A DNA stretch of 48,490 nucleotides, taken from an uncultured Bacilli bacterium. GTDB lineage: Bacteria > Bacillota_I > Bacilli_A > RF39 > UBA660. Numbering within the stretch: position 1 is the stretch's first letter; the number at the start of each line of letters is the position of its first letter. The DNA is taken from the NCBI GenBank assembly GCA_947629475.1, contig CANRDV010000002.1, positions 1-48,490 on the forward strand, in the 5' to 3' direction. The notes beneath the pieces were generated by a model that made no database searches, had not been told where the DNA came from, and worked only from the letters and a program-made list of their open reading frames with translations. The position numbers and the translations under genes were made by a program. Positions 7,961 through 17,943 of this stretch are shown here, piece after piece.

Positions 7961-8224
7961 AGTTGAAAGGAATTTAATTAATTATGAAATTATTATTATT
8001 AAAATTATACTTATTAGATATTCAAATGTTTTTTCTATCTTTAGAATTAAAATACTTAAAATTTAAAGCTAATAGAATATCTAAAAAACAATTACCATTT
8101 TAAGCCAATTACAATTTACATCAACTTATTTTTAAAAAAATCGCCTTATGACGATTCTTTCGTTTTGCAATTTTTAGTCATTATGTGTTGACAAAAATCA
8201 TTTGATTAACTTTTACTTTAGTTA

Positions 8225-8325
8225 TTAGTAATTATCATTATTTCACCACTTTTTATCGTTATATGATAATTTCAGGTGAAAATAAAGTATTTTTTACTAA
8301 AATATAATTTAATGACAAACTAAAA
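8225..8325 (-). pseudogene. Remnant of an abiEi paralog: promoter/operator plus the first 6 codons, then a stop
   Basis: 8225-8325 aligns with 22927-23027, including ttttcacc...ggtgaaaa, tatgataat and the ATG ATA ATT ACT AAT start. The reading frame ends after MIITNN. Confidence 0.55.
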
Positions 8326-8396
8326 GATACCTTTAAGTACCTTTATAGATTTAATTTATTATATCTTTCCTTTAGTATATATATTCACATATGACT

Positions 8397-8424
8397 ACAA
8401 AAAAAGATGCTAATTATCACATCT
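8397..8424 (-). terminator. Weak terminator-like hairpin at the helD stop
   Basis: The stem is agatg/catct (8405-8409 and 8420-8424), followed by a 7-nt U run on the minus strand. The stem is only 5 bp. Confidence 0.3.
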
Positions 8425-10618
8425 ATTTTCTTAATACTTTACTTGATTCATCATATTTTTTTTTTACATCACCTATTAAAGGTTTAACTAATTCTTTATT
8501 ATAAAGTACATTTAACTCATGTAAGGCTCTAGTCATTGCAACATAAAGTAACTTCATATCAATTTGTTTACTTGAATCATATACTCCTTCCGTTGCATCA
8601 CTTATTATAACAGCATCAAATTCTAATCCTTTAGCCAAATAACTAGTTATTGTACATATACCACCATCATACTTAGTATCACTATCAGTTATATTAGTTA
8701 CTTTAATACCTAACTTTTCTAAATTTAAACTAATTATTTGAGCTTCCTTTTCCTCTTTACAAATTATTGCAATTGAACTATAACCTTTTTCAATATAACT
8801 CTTTAATACTTTATTAATTATTAACATTTGATTATCATTAAAATCAATATAATTTACATCAATTCCATGTCTTATTACAGGTTCAGCTGTTGAAAATTTC
8901 AAATATTCTGTTAAATTATTAGCTGAATTCATTATTTCAGTCGTTGTTCTATAACTTTTTTTCAAATATTTAATACTACAATCACCATCAAAGGTTGTTT
9001 CTATTACCCTATCCCAATCTGATATTCCCCGATATTCATAAATTGATTGGGCTAAATCACCAAATATACTAAATGTCGCTTTTGGCATTAATCTTTTCAA
9101 AGCAAAAAAATTAAATTCTCCAAAATCTTGAGCTTCATCAACAACTACCTGTCGATAATTTTCATAATTTTTACTACCAAAAATTCGATAATATAAATAC
9201 ATAAGAGCTGCTAAATCTTCAAATTCTATTTTTTTAGATTTAAGATCACTAATATTTTCCTTAACTTCATTTTTAATATTATATTTATTAGTATCTAAAT
9301 ATAAATTTATATTTTTTAGAAATTCTATATATAAAGTTATTATTTTAGGACTTCCACCACTAAAATATTTTTTCAAACTTTGATGACATCCATTATTAAT
9401 CTCTTTCTCGATTGCATCTATTTTTTTTCTTTCTTTAACAGCATCATCACCATTCATTAACTTAATTTTCTTATAAAATTCATCATGAATTCTATTTAAT
9501 AATTCTTGCTGATGTTCTTTAATATATCTTTCAATTATTAAAATAGCTCTTTCTATTTTTTTATTTATTATACTATAATCTAAGGCTTCTTTATCTAAAT
9601 CCTCATATATATCTTTAATAAATTTACTATCAAGAATTTCATAGCCTTTGATTTCAAAATTAGTAGTTGGAACAATTCTTGTCTCAAAATTATTAATAAA
9701 TTTATCTAATATTCTTTTAAATGCCATTGAAACTTTTAATCTTTGATAAAATAATTGTTCGGGATTAGTAATTGATTTAATTAATTTATCTTTATCTGAA
9801 ATTAAAGTAAACTCTATTCCTAATAAATCCTTTATTATTTCATCGTAAGTCAATTGGTTGACATCATCAACATCTAAATCAGGTAAAACTCCTGAAATAT
9901 AATTAACAAAGAATTTATTTGGTCCTATTACTAAATATTGTTCAGGTTTTATATTTTTTATATTATTATAAACAAGATAAGCAACTCTATGAAGAGCAAC
10001 TGTAGTTTTTCCACTTCCAGCAACTCCTTGAATAATAATATTATTGGAAATTTCATCTCTAATTATAGCATTTTGTTCTGCTTGAATAGTTGCTACAATA
10101 TTCTTTAATCTATTATCAGCACTAGTACCTAAATATGGTTTTAAAAAATCATCATTAGAAACTGTATCAACATCTTGAAATTCTTTTAATTCTCCATCTT
10201 CAATTTCATATTGTCTCTTTAAAGTTAAATTTCCCTTTATTACTCCACCTGGAGCCTTATAAGATGCTTCTCCAATATTACTATCATAATACATTGATGC
10301 AATAGGAGCTCTCCAATCAACTGTTACTAAATTATTATCTTCATCAAAAACTCCAATTTTTCCTATATAACACTCTTCTTCTTTCTTTAAATCATCACTT
10401 GTAAAATCTATTCTTGCAAAATAAGGCTTTTTTTGAGTTTTTTTCATTAAATTTAATCTTTTAGTAAACTCTCTAAGTAAACTTTCTAAAAGGATTGGAT
10501 TATTTCCATACATTCTTGGTAAAGCATCCAATCTAAGTTCAGTATCCTCAATTATTCCTTTAAATCTTTCTAATGTATTACTCAAATATTTTTTTTCTTC
10601 AATAAAATTTTTATACAT
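8423..10618 (-). CDS. helD: HelD, the RNA polymerase-associated UvrD/Rep-like helicase (helicase IV family)
   Basis: The segment KKPYFARIDF...YIGKIGVFD...VDWRAPIASMYYD...KNIVATIQAEQNAIIR...IQGVAGSGKTTVALHRVAYL is colinear with B. subtilis HelD. The C-terminal helicase motifs VDEAQD, KKSYRTT and GLEFDAV are present. Confidence 0.85.
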   Translation of the reverse strand: MYKNFIEEKKYLSNTLERFKGIIEDTELRLDALPRMYGNNPILLESLLREFTKRLNLMKKTQKKPYFARIDFTSDDLKKEEECYIGKIGVFDEDNNLVTVDWRAPIASMYYDSNIGEASYKAPGGVIKGNLTLKRQYEIEDGELKEFQDVDTVSNDDFLKPYLGTSADNRLKNIVATIQAEQNAIIRDEISNNIIIQGVAGSGKTTVALHRVAYLVYNNIKNIKPEQYLVIGPNKFFVNYISGVLPDLDVDDVNQLTYDEIIKDLLGIEFTLISDKDKLIKSITNPEQLFYQRLKVSMAFKRILDKFINNFETRIVPTTNFEIKGYEILDSKFIKDIYEDLDKEALDYSIINKKIERAILIIERYIKEHQQELLNRIHDEFYKKIKLMNGDDAVKERKKIDAIEKEINNGCHQSLKKYFSGGSPKIITLYIEFLKNINLYLDTNKYNIKNEVKENISDLKSKKIEFEDLAALMYLYYRIFGSKNYENYRQVVVDEAQDFGEFNFFALKRLMPKATFSIFGDLAQSIYEYRGISDWDRVIETTFDGDCSIKYLKKSYRTTTEIMNSANNLTEYLKFSTAEPVIRHGIDVNYIDFNDNQMLIINKVLKSYIEKGYSSIAIICKEEKEAQIISLNLEKLGIKVTNITDSDTKYDGGICTITSYLAKGLEFDAVIISDATEGVYDSSKQIDMKLLYVAMTRALHELNVLYNKELVKPLIGDVKKKYDESSKVLRK

Positions 10619-10642
10619 AGATAAAACCTCCTATCTATATCA

Positions 10643-11080
10643 TTATTTAATATAATTCATTTTTTCTAAAGCATATATAGCAAAAGGTGATAATTGGTCT
10701 TTAGATAAATCTTTAATTGAATACCAATTAGCTCCCTCAGAATCCAAACCATCTGCATCGCTTTTTAAATTAACTTCATTAGTTTCAACTAAATATAAAA
10801 TTCCTATATGATGTAAATCTTCAAATAAGTCTTTTTCCATTTCCCATTTTATATTAGTTGCCGTAACATCAAATAAACTATATTTACTTATTTTAATTCC
10901 AGCTTCCTCCATTATCTCTCTTTCTAATGTAACACAAGGAAGTTCGGTATGTTCAATTCCTCCTCCTGGCAAATCAAGTTTACCTTTATATCCTCCTCGA
11001 GCTTTTTTTACTAAGGCTATTTTATTATCCTTTATGATAATTCCATATGCACCAACATGAGTTTTTACAATTTCTTTCAT
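10643..11080 (-). CDS. NUDIX hydrolase
   Basis: The Nudix box is GGGIEHTELPCVTLEREIMEEAGI. The likely start is the ATG at 11080, behind AAGGGAGA. Confidence 0.8.
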   Translation of the reverse strand: MKEIVKTHVGAYGIIIKDNKIALVKKARGGYKGKLDLPGGGIEHTELPCVTLEREIMEEAGIKISKYSLFDVTATNIKWEMEKDLFEDLHHIGILYLVETNEVNLKSDADGLDSEGANWYSIKDLSKDQLSPFAIYALEKMNYIK

Positions 11081-11098
11081 TCTATCTTCTCCCTTCAA

Positions 11099-12013
11099 TT
11101 ATTTATTTAAAAAAATATTATTTTTTAAAACATCATTATTAAGTAAATTATACCAATTCAACCAATAATCTTTTTTTTGATTTTTATCATATAAATCTAT
11201 TTTTCCTATTTCATGCAAATAAATTTTCTCTAATAAAACTTTTAATATATAGTAATCAAACATTTCTTTCATTTGTTGAGCATTATTTTTATTTAAACAC
11301 TTTTTAATAATTTTTTTACATAATATATAATTAAACCTACCATTCTTATAACATAATTTCAATAACATACTAATATATTCATATTCTTTTGGAGCAATTA
11401 TCGTCTCATCAAAGTCTATTATTGCTAAATCCTTTTTATCCCATAATAGATTTGTTAAAGAAAGATCTCCATGTATTAAATATAATTTATATTTTTGAAT
11501 ATTAATTTTTAATTTATCATATTTTTCTATAATATTGTTGACAATATCTTCATCTAATTTACTAATTCTTATCTTTTTTAAATCTTGTCGATATTTATTA
11601 ACTTTGTAAAAAATAGTATCTTTATAATCAACCCTAAGTACTTCTGTATCAATTAAATTTATTTTTTCTACCAATAGATTTATATGTTTTTGATTTAACC
11701 ACGATAAATTCCTATAATCTATATATTCATACAATTCTATTTTAGCAGTATTAGACTTATACTTCATTAATATTTTTGGAGTTTTTATATTATTAGCTTC
11801 GCAGTTTTTTAATAATTTATTTTTTAATTTATCATTGCATTTAGTCATATAATACTTTACAACATATTTTTTTCTATTACAAGTTTCTAAAAAATATACT
11901 TTATTTGAAATTCCTTTTTTTATTCTTTTTAGTCTTTTTATTGAAATATTATTTTTTATTAAAAAATAGCTAATATCATTTTCTATATTTAAATTCTTCA
12001 ATAGTTTTTTCAT
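11099..12013 (-). CDS. Aminoglycoside/choline-kinase-family phosphotransferase (APH fold)
   Basis: The catalytic loop LIHGDLSLTNLLW and the metal-binding IIDFDE are present. The start is uncertain (12037 or 12013) and overlaps the upstream GT gene. Confidence 0.65.
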   Translation of the reverse strand: MKKLLKNLNIENDISYFLIKNNISIKRLKRIKKGISNKVYFLETCNRKKYVVKYYMTKCNDKLKNKLLKNCEANNIKTPKILMKYKSNTAKIELYEYIDYRNLSWLNQKHINLLVEKINLIDTEVLRVDYKDTIFYKVNKYRQDLKKIRISKLDEDIVNNIIEKYDKLKINIQKYKLYLIHGDLSLTNLLWDKKDLAIIDFDETIIAPKEYEYISMLLKLCYKNGRFNYILCKKIIKKCLNKNNAQQMKEMFDYYILKVLLEKIYLHEIGKIDLYDKNQKKDYWLNWYNLLNNDVLKNNIFLNK

Positions 12014-13160
12014 ATATATCAGCCATTCTTTCAACAATTATTTCAGGGCTACATTTTTGAATAATATAATTTCTTGAATTTACACTTATTTTTTTTCTTA
12101 ACTCTTTATTTTGACATAACATTAACATTTTAGAAGCCAAATCATTATAATCTTGATTTTTAAATAAAAGCCCCGATACTTGATTTTCAATCATCTCTTT
12201 AACACCAGTATTATTACTTGCAATAATTGGCAATTCATTTAATAGCATTTCCTGAGCAACATATGGATAATTATCAAATATTGAAGGTATAATTCCCATT
12301 AAACAATTAGCATAATAATTATTCAGTTTTGAATTTTCTATATGACCTAAAAATTCTAAATTACTATGATATTTTTTAGGTATTATATCTTTTATATATT
12401 TAATCATTGATATTTCTTTATCATTACGCTTTGTATCTTTGCCTATAAATAAAAATTTAATATCTTTATTATCTGTTTTATCCATAAATATAGTTATAGC
12501 TTTTGCTAAAATATCTACCCCTTTTCTTTGTTCTAAACTACCAACATATAAAATTATAGGAGTATCATGATTACCAGTACTTTTAATTAGATCGACATTA
12601 CATGGATTAGGAACAACTTTTATTTTTGAATAATTTAAATCTAAATAGTATTTTTTTAATTTTTGTAAAAGAATATTTGAACACGAAATTATTCTATCAG
12701 CATTATAAATAACATCTTTTTCCCATTGGAGCATTTTTTCATTTAACTCGTTATCCCCTATACCACGTTTATTATAATGTTTCCATATACATAAAGGTGT
12801 ATGTAATTTCACGAGTATTGGAATTTTTCGTTCATGGATATATTTTACTATTTCAGCCCCCCATTCAGGAGTTTCTATAATATCAATTTGATTATTATTA
12901 ACTAATTCTATAACTATATTTTTTATTTTTTCCCTATATTTTTCATAATCAGATATTTTTTTATTTGAAATAGGATTGTATATTCTAATAACTTTAACTT
13001 TTCCATCATAATAAACTTTATCTTCTTTAAGTCCACGAGTAATAACTATTACTTCATGTCCAATTTTGGTTAATTCTTGTCCCAATATTTTTTGATAAGT
13101 TGCAATCCCTCCAAAATTTGTTTCTTCAGGATATTCCTCACTAATTAAACAAACTTTCAT
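11976..13160 (-). CDS. Family 4 glycosyltransferase (GT-B fold)
   Basis: The N-terminus is MKVCLISEEYPEETNFGGIATY..., followed by EQRKGVDIL and an E-x7-E-like C-terminal block. The start ATG overlaps the upstream stop (TAATG). Confidence 0.8.
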   Translation of the reverse strand: MKVCLISEEYPEETNFGGIATYQKILGQELTKIGHEVIVITRGLKEDKVYYDGKVKVIRIYNPISNKKISDYEKYREKIKNIVIELVNNNQIDIIETPEWGAEIVKYIHERKIPILVKLHTPLCIWKHYNKRGIGDNELNEKMLQWEKDVIYNADRIISCSNILLQKLKKYYLDLNYSKIKVVPNPCNVDLIKSTGNHDTPIILYVGSLEQRKGVDILAKAITIFMDKTDNKDIKFLFIGKDTKRNDKEISMIKYIKDIIPKKYHSNLEFLGHIENSKLNNYYANCLMGIIPSIFDNYPYVAQEMLLNELPIIASNNTGVKEMIENQVSGLLFKNQDYNDLASKMLMLCQNKELRKKISVNSRNYIIQKCSPEIIVERMADIYEKTIEEFKYRK

Positions 13161-13750
13161 TATTTCACCCTTTCTCTTTTATAAGGTATATAACCAAAAG
13201 AGTTGCAAACAATTTCGTAAGTTTTGGCTTTTGAAATTTCATCTGTATATATTACTTCTTGGGCAAATTGTTCAACCTCTTCAAAATGCTTTATATGGTC
13301 ACTTATAGCACTAGCCAACCGATAATCTATATCAGTTCTATTTTTACTTTCTATTAAAAATCTTTGCCTCATTGAATCTTCAATATTTTTATAAGTTAAA
13401 GCCACTAGTCTAACCATAGGCACTATCCTTTTTAATTGTTTTATATCCTTATAAGAAGCATGAATTAAAATAGTTTCACAAAGTTCAAATGCTTTTAAAC
13501 AATCATAGTAAGTTACACCATATCCACGTATTCCATCTGTAGAACCTATTAATAGTTTTTTAGTTTCTAATAAAGATAAAAATTTTTCTAATGTAATGTA
13601 ATCATAAAATCCTTTTTTATCATCTATTCTTGGTTCTCTTGTAGTTATATGTTTAGGAACTATTATATCGTGGTATTGAGTTAACATATCAGTTATGGTT
13701 GTTTTACCACTTAAACTAGGTCCTGTTAAGCAAGTTATAATCTTTTCCAT
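13160..13750 (-). CDS. Guanylate-kinase-like P-loop kinase
   Basis: The P-loop GPSLSGKTT is followed by a TTREPR...GFYDYITLEKF block, resembling the guanylate kinase TTRxPR...DY.F signature. Confidence 0.6.
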   Translation of the reverse strand: MEKIITCLTGPSLSGKTTITDMLTQYHDIIVPKHITTREPRIDDKKGFYDYITLEKFLSLLETKKLLIGSTDGIRGYGVTYYDCLKAFELCETILIHASYKDIKQLKRIVPMVRLVALTYKNIEDSMRQRFLIESKNRTDIDYRLASAISDHIKHFEEVEQFAQEVIYTDEISKAKTYEIVCNSFGYIPYKRERVK

Positions 13751-13794
13751 TTCAACTTCCTCCTATACCTAATCCATCTATATAAATCCGCTTT

Positions 13795-13851
13795 ATCTTA
13801 TCATATATAGACTATTTAGTCAATAAGAAATCCAAGAAATCCAAGAAATCT
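13795..13851 (-). promoter_or_regulatory. Putative promoter of the kinase-GT-kinase-NUDIX-helD operon with a 3 x 9-bp upstream direct repeat
   Basis: On the minus strand the -35 is TTGACT (13818-13823), the spacer is 17 bp and the -10 is TAAGAT (13795-13800). The repeat aagaaatcc x3 lies at 13825-13851, directly upstream. Confidence 0.4.
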
Positions 13852-13898
13852 AACTTAAATATATCTTTATTAGCTTATTTTATTATATTTTTAAAATT

Positions 13899-14575
13899 TT
13901 AATCCACTAATTTGTTAACTATTTTTATGATATCTTCTCTATTAAATCCAAGTAACATCATATATTTATCAATAGATTCATATTTACTTTTAAATAATTT
14001 TAAAGTATCTTCCATATATTCCATTTTCGAATTTCCTAAATACTTAGGCATTTTAGGATTATCAAGATGCATTTTTCTAATAGTCTCTTTTAAATAAGTA
14101 TATGATACTTGATAATCTACTAAAATTTCCTCTTCTAAAACATTACATAACAAAAGAATTAACATGCAAATAACTCCCGTTCTATCTTTACCAGCATTGC
14201 AATTTATTAAAATACTACCCTTGCTATCTCTTATAGTTTTAAATACCTCTTTGATACTATCTAAATCATCTATTATATCTAAATAACCATAAGGAATATC
14301 TTTTTCTTTTTTAGGAAAATCTCCTCCTCTTAAAGGAATATTATAATAATTAAATTCTTCAAAATTACTAAAAGCATTCTTCTTTTTAGCTATTTCTTCT
14401 TTATTTCTTAAATCTATAACTATTTTAAGATTATTTCTTCTAAAGTATTCTTTTTCCTTATCTGTTAAAGTAGTTGGTACAGAACTTCGATAAATTCTAT
14501 TAAATTTCGTTACTTTCTTATCACTTGTTAAATAACCACCTAAATCTCTAAAATTCTTAACATATTCTAATTTTA
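13899..14575 (-). pseudogene. Protein-tyrosine phosphatase (CX5R, Y_phosphatase3-like) with an in-frame TAG at codon 2
   Basis: The frame reads ATG TAG AGA ATA AAA TTA GAA TAT GTT AAG AAT TTT AGA GAT TTA GGT GGT ... I N C N A G K D R T G. It is open from 14569 to 13899. The only in-frame ATG before the active site (14573-14575) is followed directly by TAG (14570-14572). Confidence 0.6.
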
Positions 14576-14615
14576 TTCTCTACATAATACATCCTATCTA
14601 TTAGTTTATATTTTT

Positions 14616-16241
14616 TTACTTTTTTTGATAATAATCATCATAATTTCCTAAATATTCTCTAATTTTTTTATCTTCAATATAAATTATCTTTTTAGCTATT
14701 TCATTTATAAAATATCTATCATGTGAAACAAACAAAATTGTACCAGGATAATCTTTTAAGGCATCTTCTAAAACTTCTCTGGTTGTAATATCAATATGAT
14801 TAGTTGGTTCATCCATGATTAGTAAGTTAACATTTTTTTGCATTAATTCAAATAATTTTAATCTAACTTTTTCTCCACCTGATAATTTTCCAACTCTTTT
14901 AAATACATTTTCTCCATTAAACATAAATTTAGCTAAAGATGCTCTCAAATAAGTTTCGGAACCATCAAAACATTTTCTTCCTACTTCTAGTATAGTTGCA
15001 TTATCATTTTCAAAAGTAATTGTTTGAGGAATATATCCTATTAATACATTACTACCTATTTTAATATTTTTATTTTCTATCTTATTTTCATAAATATTCA
15101 TTATATATTTAATTAAAGTTGATTTACCACTACCATTTTTCCCCATTAGACAAATTCTATCTTTAAATATAACATTAAATGATATATTTTTTAGTAACTC
15201 TTTATCTTGAACATTTAAATTAAAATTTCTAACTAAAAGTACTTGATTTCCAGATCTATCATTCATTTGAAAATTTAAGGGTATTTCTTTTTTAGTTTCC
15301 GGTTTATCTAATACTTCTATTTTATCTAATCTCTTTTGAATGCTAGCAGCTCTTTTAAAGAAAGATTCTCCTCCTGGAAATGCTAATTTACCAAATTCTT
15401 GTAATTGTTTTATTTTTCTTTTCATTGCATCTATCATTTTCTGTTGATCTTTATATTCTTGAAATTCTGCCAAAATTCTTCTTTCATTTTCTTTTAAATA
15501 ATAAGAATAATTTCCATGAAATATTTCAGCTTTTCCTCTTTCAATTAATACAATTTTGGAAACTACCTTATCTAAAAAATACCTATCATGAGAACATAAT
15601 ATAACTGTTTTAGAATAATTTTTTAAAAATGATTCTAACCATTCTAAAGTATCAATGTCTAAATTATTAGTAGGTTCATCTAAAAGTAAAATATCTGGAT
15701 TAGATAACATAATCGATGCTAAATTAACAATTGTCTTTTCTCCACCTGATAGTGTATTATATTTTCTTTCTAACATCATATCATCTATTCGAAACTTATT
15801 ACATAATTCATTTATTTTAAAATCAACATTATAACCATCTAAATTCATGAATTTGGTTTGTAATTTACCATACTTATCAAGAATTTTTTCCATTTCCTTT
15901 GAATCTGCAATAGCCATTTGCTTTTCTAATTCTTTCATAGATTTTTCAATATCAAATATTATTTTAAAATCTTTTATTAAAATATCCTTAACAGAACAAT
16001 TATCATCAACTACTAAAGGCATTTGAGATAGTAATCTTACATTAGCACCTTTTCTAATACTTATATTACCACCATCTATATTTTCCTCTTTTGTAATTAA
16101 TTTAAATAATGTTGTTTTGCCACACCCATTTTGTCCTATTAATCCTATCTTTTCTCCTGTTGTAACTTCTAAATCAAATTCATTTAAAATATTTTTAAAT
16201 CCATAATTCTTTATAACTTTACTTATATTTATTTCAAGCAT
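14616..16241 (-). CDS. ABC-F family ATPase (two ABC domains, no transmembrane domain)
   Basis: There are two Walker A motifs (GQNGCGKTT and GKNGSGKST), two LSGGEK signatures and an inter-domain linker. The protein is 541 aa. Confidence 0.85.
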   Translation of the reverse strand: MLEINISKVIKNYGFKNILNEFDLEVTTGEKIGLIGQNGCGKTTLFKLITKEENIDGGNISIRKGANVRLLSQMPLVVDDNCSVKDILIKDFKIIFDIEKSMKELEKQMAIADSKEMEKILDKYGKLQTKFMNLDGYNVDFKINELCNKFRIDDMMLERKYNTLSGGEKTIVNLASIMLSNPDILLLDEPTNNLDIDTLEWLESFLKNYSKTVILCSHDRYFLDKVVSKIVLIERGKAEIFHGNYSYYLKENERRILAEFQEYKDQQKMIDAMKRKIKQLQEFGKLAFPGGESFFKRAASIQKRLDKIEVLDKPETKKEIPLNFQMNDRSGNQVLLVRNFNLNVQDKELLKNISFNVIFKDRICLMGKNGSGKSTLIKYIMNIYENKIENKNIKIGSNVLIGYIPQTITFENDNATILEVGRKCFDGSETYLRASLAKFMFNGENVFKRVGKLSGGEKVRLKLFELMQKNVNLLIMDEPTNHIDITTREVLEDALKDYPGTILFVSHDRYFINEIAKKIIYIEDKKIREYLGNYDDYYQKK

Positions 16242-16308
16242 ATAACATCACCACAACTTATTTACCTATATTATACATTTAATAAACATTATTTTCAATA
16301 AAAGTAGT

Positions 16309-16839
16309 TTATCTTTCTCTAAGCATTAGTTCATATTCTTGAATATTTCCAATTGTATCTTTACTAATAAATTCATTTTTTATCCTAAAACCACATCCCA
16401 AATAACATTTAATAGCTTTAATATTATCTTTTAAAGGACACATGACTAATATATTAGCATTCTTTTCTTTAAATAAATAATCAACAATTAAATTAATTAC
16501 TTTTTTACCAATTCCTTTATTATGAAATCTTAATTCTCCAATAAATATATCAATTTCATAACAATTATTAATATCTATACCATATAACTTTTTATTATCA
16601 TTACTTAAACTTTGATATTGAACAATACCAATAGGAATACATTCATATTCAATCATATAAACCTTGACTTTCGAATCTTCTAAAGTTCTTTCATAATATT
16701 TATTTACAATTTCGCTATAACTTAGTTTTCTTTGTTCAAAACTTAAATATACTTCTTCTTCTTGATACCACTTTTCTAATAATTTATAATCTTCAATAGT
16801 ATTCTTTAATCTTCTTAATTTAATATTATCAATATGCAT
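16309..16839 (-). CDS. GNAT-family N-acetyltransferase (AAC(6')-like architecture)
   Basis: The acetyl-CoA binding block is HNKGIGKKVINLIV. The 176-aa size and the N-terminal LRRLK..D..LL.KW pattern are typical of this subfamily. Confidence 0.7.
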   Translation of the reverse strand: MHIDNIKLRRLKNTIEDYKLLEKWYQEEEVYLSFEQRKLSYSEIVNKYYERTLEDSKVKVYMIEYECIPIGIVQYQSLSNDNKKLYGIDINNCYEIDIFIGELRFHNKGIGKKVINLIVDYLFKEKNANILVMCPLKDNIKAIKCYLGCGFRIKNEFISKDTIGNIQEYELMLRER

Positions 16840-16848
16840 TAAACTTCC

Positions 16849-17943
16849 TCATTTATTATCATCAATATTGGTATAAACACTATGTCTTAATTTTATATCT
16901 TCAAAATACTCTATTCCAATTGCTCTTCTTACTCTCTTTAAAACTTCTTGAGCTTTCTTGCGAGCCTCTCTACTTCCTTCTTCTAACATATCATAAACAA
17001 AGTCAATATGTTGTTCATAATAATGTCTTCTTTCACGAATTGGTTCTAATATTTCTTGTAAGATATCGTTTAAAAATTTTTTTATTTTAACGTCTCCTAC
17101 TCCCCCTCTTTGATAATGGGCTTTTAATTCATCAAGATTTTTATATTCAGGTAAATATTTTTTGAAATGTGAAGGTGTACAAAAAGCATCTAAATACTTA
17201 AATACAGCATTATTTTGAACATCTCCTGGATCTTCTATTTTAATATGATTAGGATCCGTATACATACTCATGACTTTCTTTTTAATAGTATCAGGATTAT
17301 CTGATAAATATATACAATTATCAAGTGATTTACTCATTTTATTTTTGCCATCTATTCCAACTAATCTTTTACAAATATTATTATCGGGAGTTATTAGTTC
17401 TGGTTCAACCAAGGTATCACCATAAATGGCATTAAAAGTTCTAACAATTTCTCTATCTTGTTCTAAAATAGGAGCTTGATCTTCTCCACCCGGAACCACC
17501 TCCGCATCAAAAGCTGTAATATCTGCCGCTTGACTAATTGGATATGTTAAAAAGCCAACTGGTACACTTTTTTCAAAGCCTCTTTCTTTAATTTCTGTTT
17601 TTATAGTAGGATTTCTTTCTAATCTTCCTAATGTTACTAAATTCATATAATACATAGTTAATTCAGCAAGTTCTGGTACCTGAGATTGAACAAATATTAT
17701 ACTCTTTTTAGGATCTATTCCAACTGCTAAATAATCTAGAGCAACTTCAATTAAATTTCTTCTAATTTTTTCGGGGTCTCTTGCATTATCAGTAAGAGCT
17801 TGTAAATCGGAGATAAGTATATAAGGTATATATTTTCCTGAATTTTGCATTTCTACTCTATTTTTTAAAGAGCCAACATAGTGACCTAAATGTAACTTAC
17901 CAGTTGGTCTATCTCCTGTTAATATTATTTTTTTTCTTTCCAT
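16849..17943 (-). CDS. trpS: Tryptophan-tRNA ligase
   Basis: Class I signatures are PTGKLHLGHYVG (HIGH-type) and KMSKS. The 364-aa size and overall pattern fit TrpRS. Confidence 0.8.
   Translation of the reverse strand: MERKKIILTGDRPTGKLHLGHYVGSLKNRVEMQNSGKYIPYILISDLQALTDNARDPEKIRRNLIEVALDYLAVGIDPKKSIIFVQSQVPELAELTMYYMNLVTLGRLERNPTIKTEIKERGFEKSVPVGFLTYPISQAADITAFDAEVVPGGEDQAPILEQDREIVRTFNAIYGDTLVEPELITPDNNICKRLVGIDGKNKMSKSLDNCIYLSDNPDTIKKKVMSMYTDPNHIKIEDPGDVQNNAVFKYLDAFCTPSHFKKYLPEYKNLDELKAHYQRGGVGDVKIKKFLNDILQEILEPIRERRHYYEQHIDFVYDMLEEGSREARKKAQEVLKRVRRAIGIEYFEDIKLRHSVYTNIDDNK

Noticed and set aside
8423-10618. The UvrD-like helicase as a defence helicase (Gabija GajB or similar type).
   Set aside because: The N-terminal region is colinear with B. 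subtilis HelD (YFxRIDF, YIG, DWRAPI, KNIV.TIQ.EQN.IIR). No nuclease or ATPase partner typical of Gabija or related systems is adjacent.
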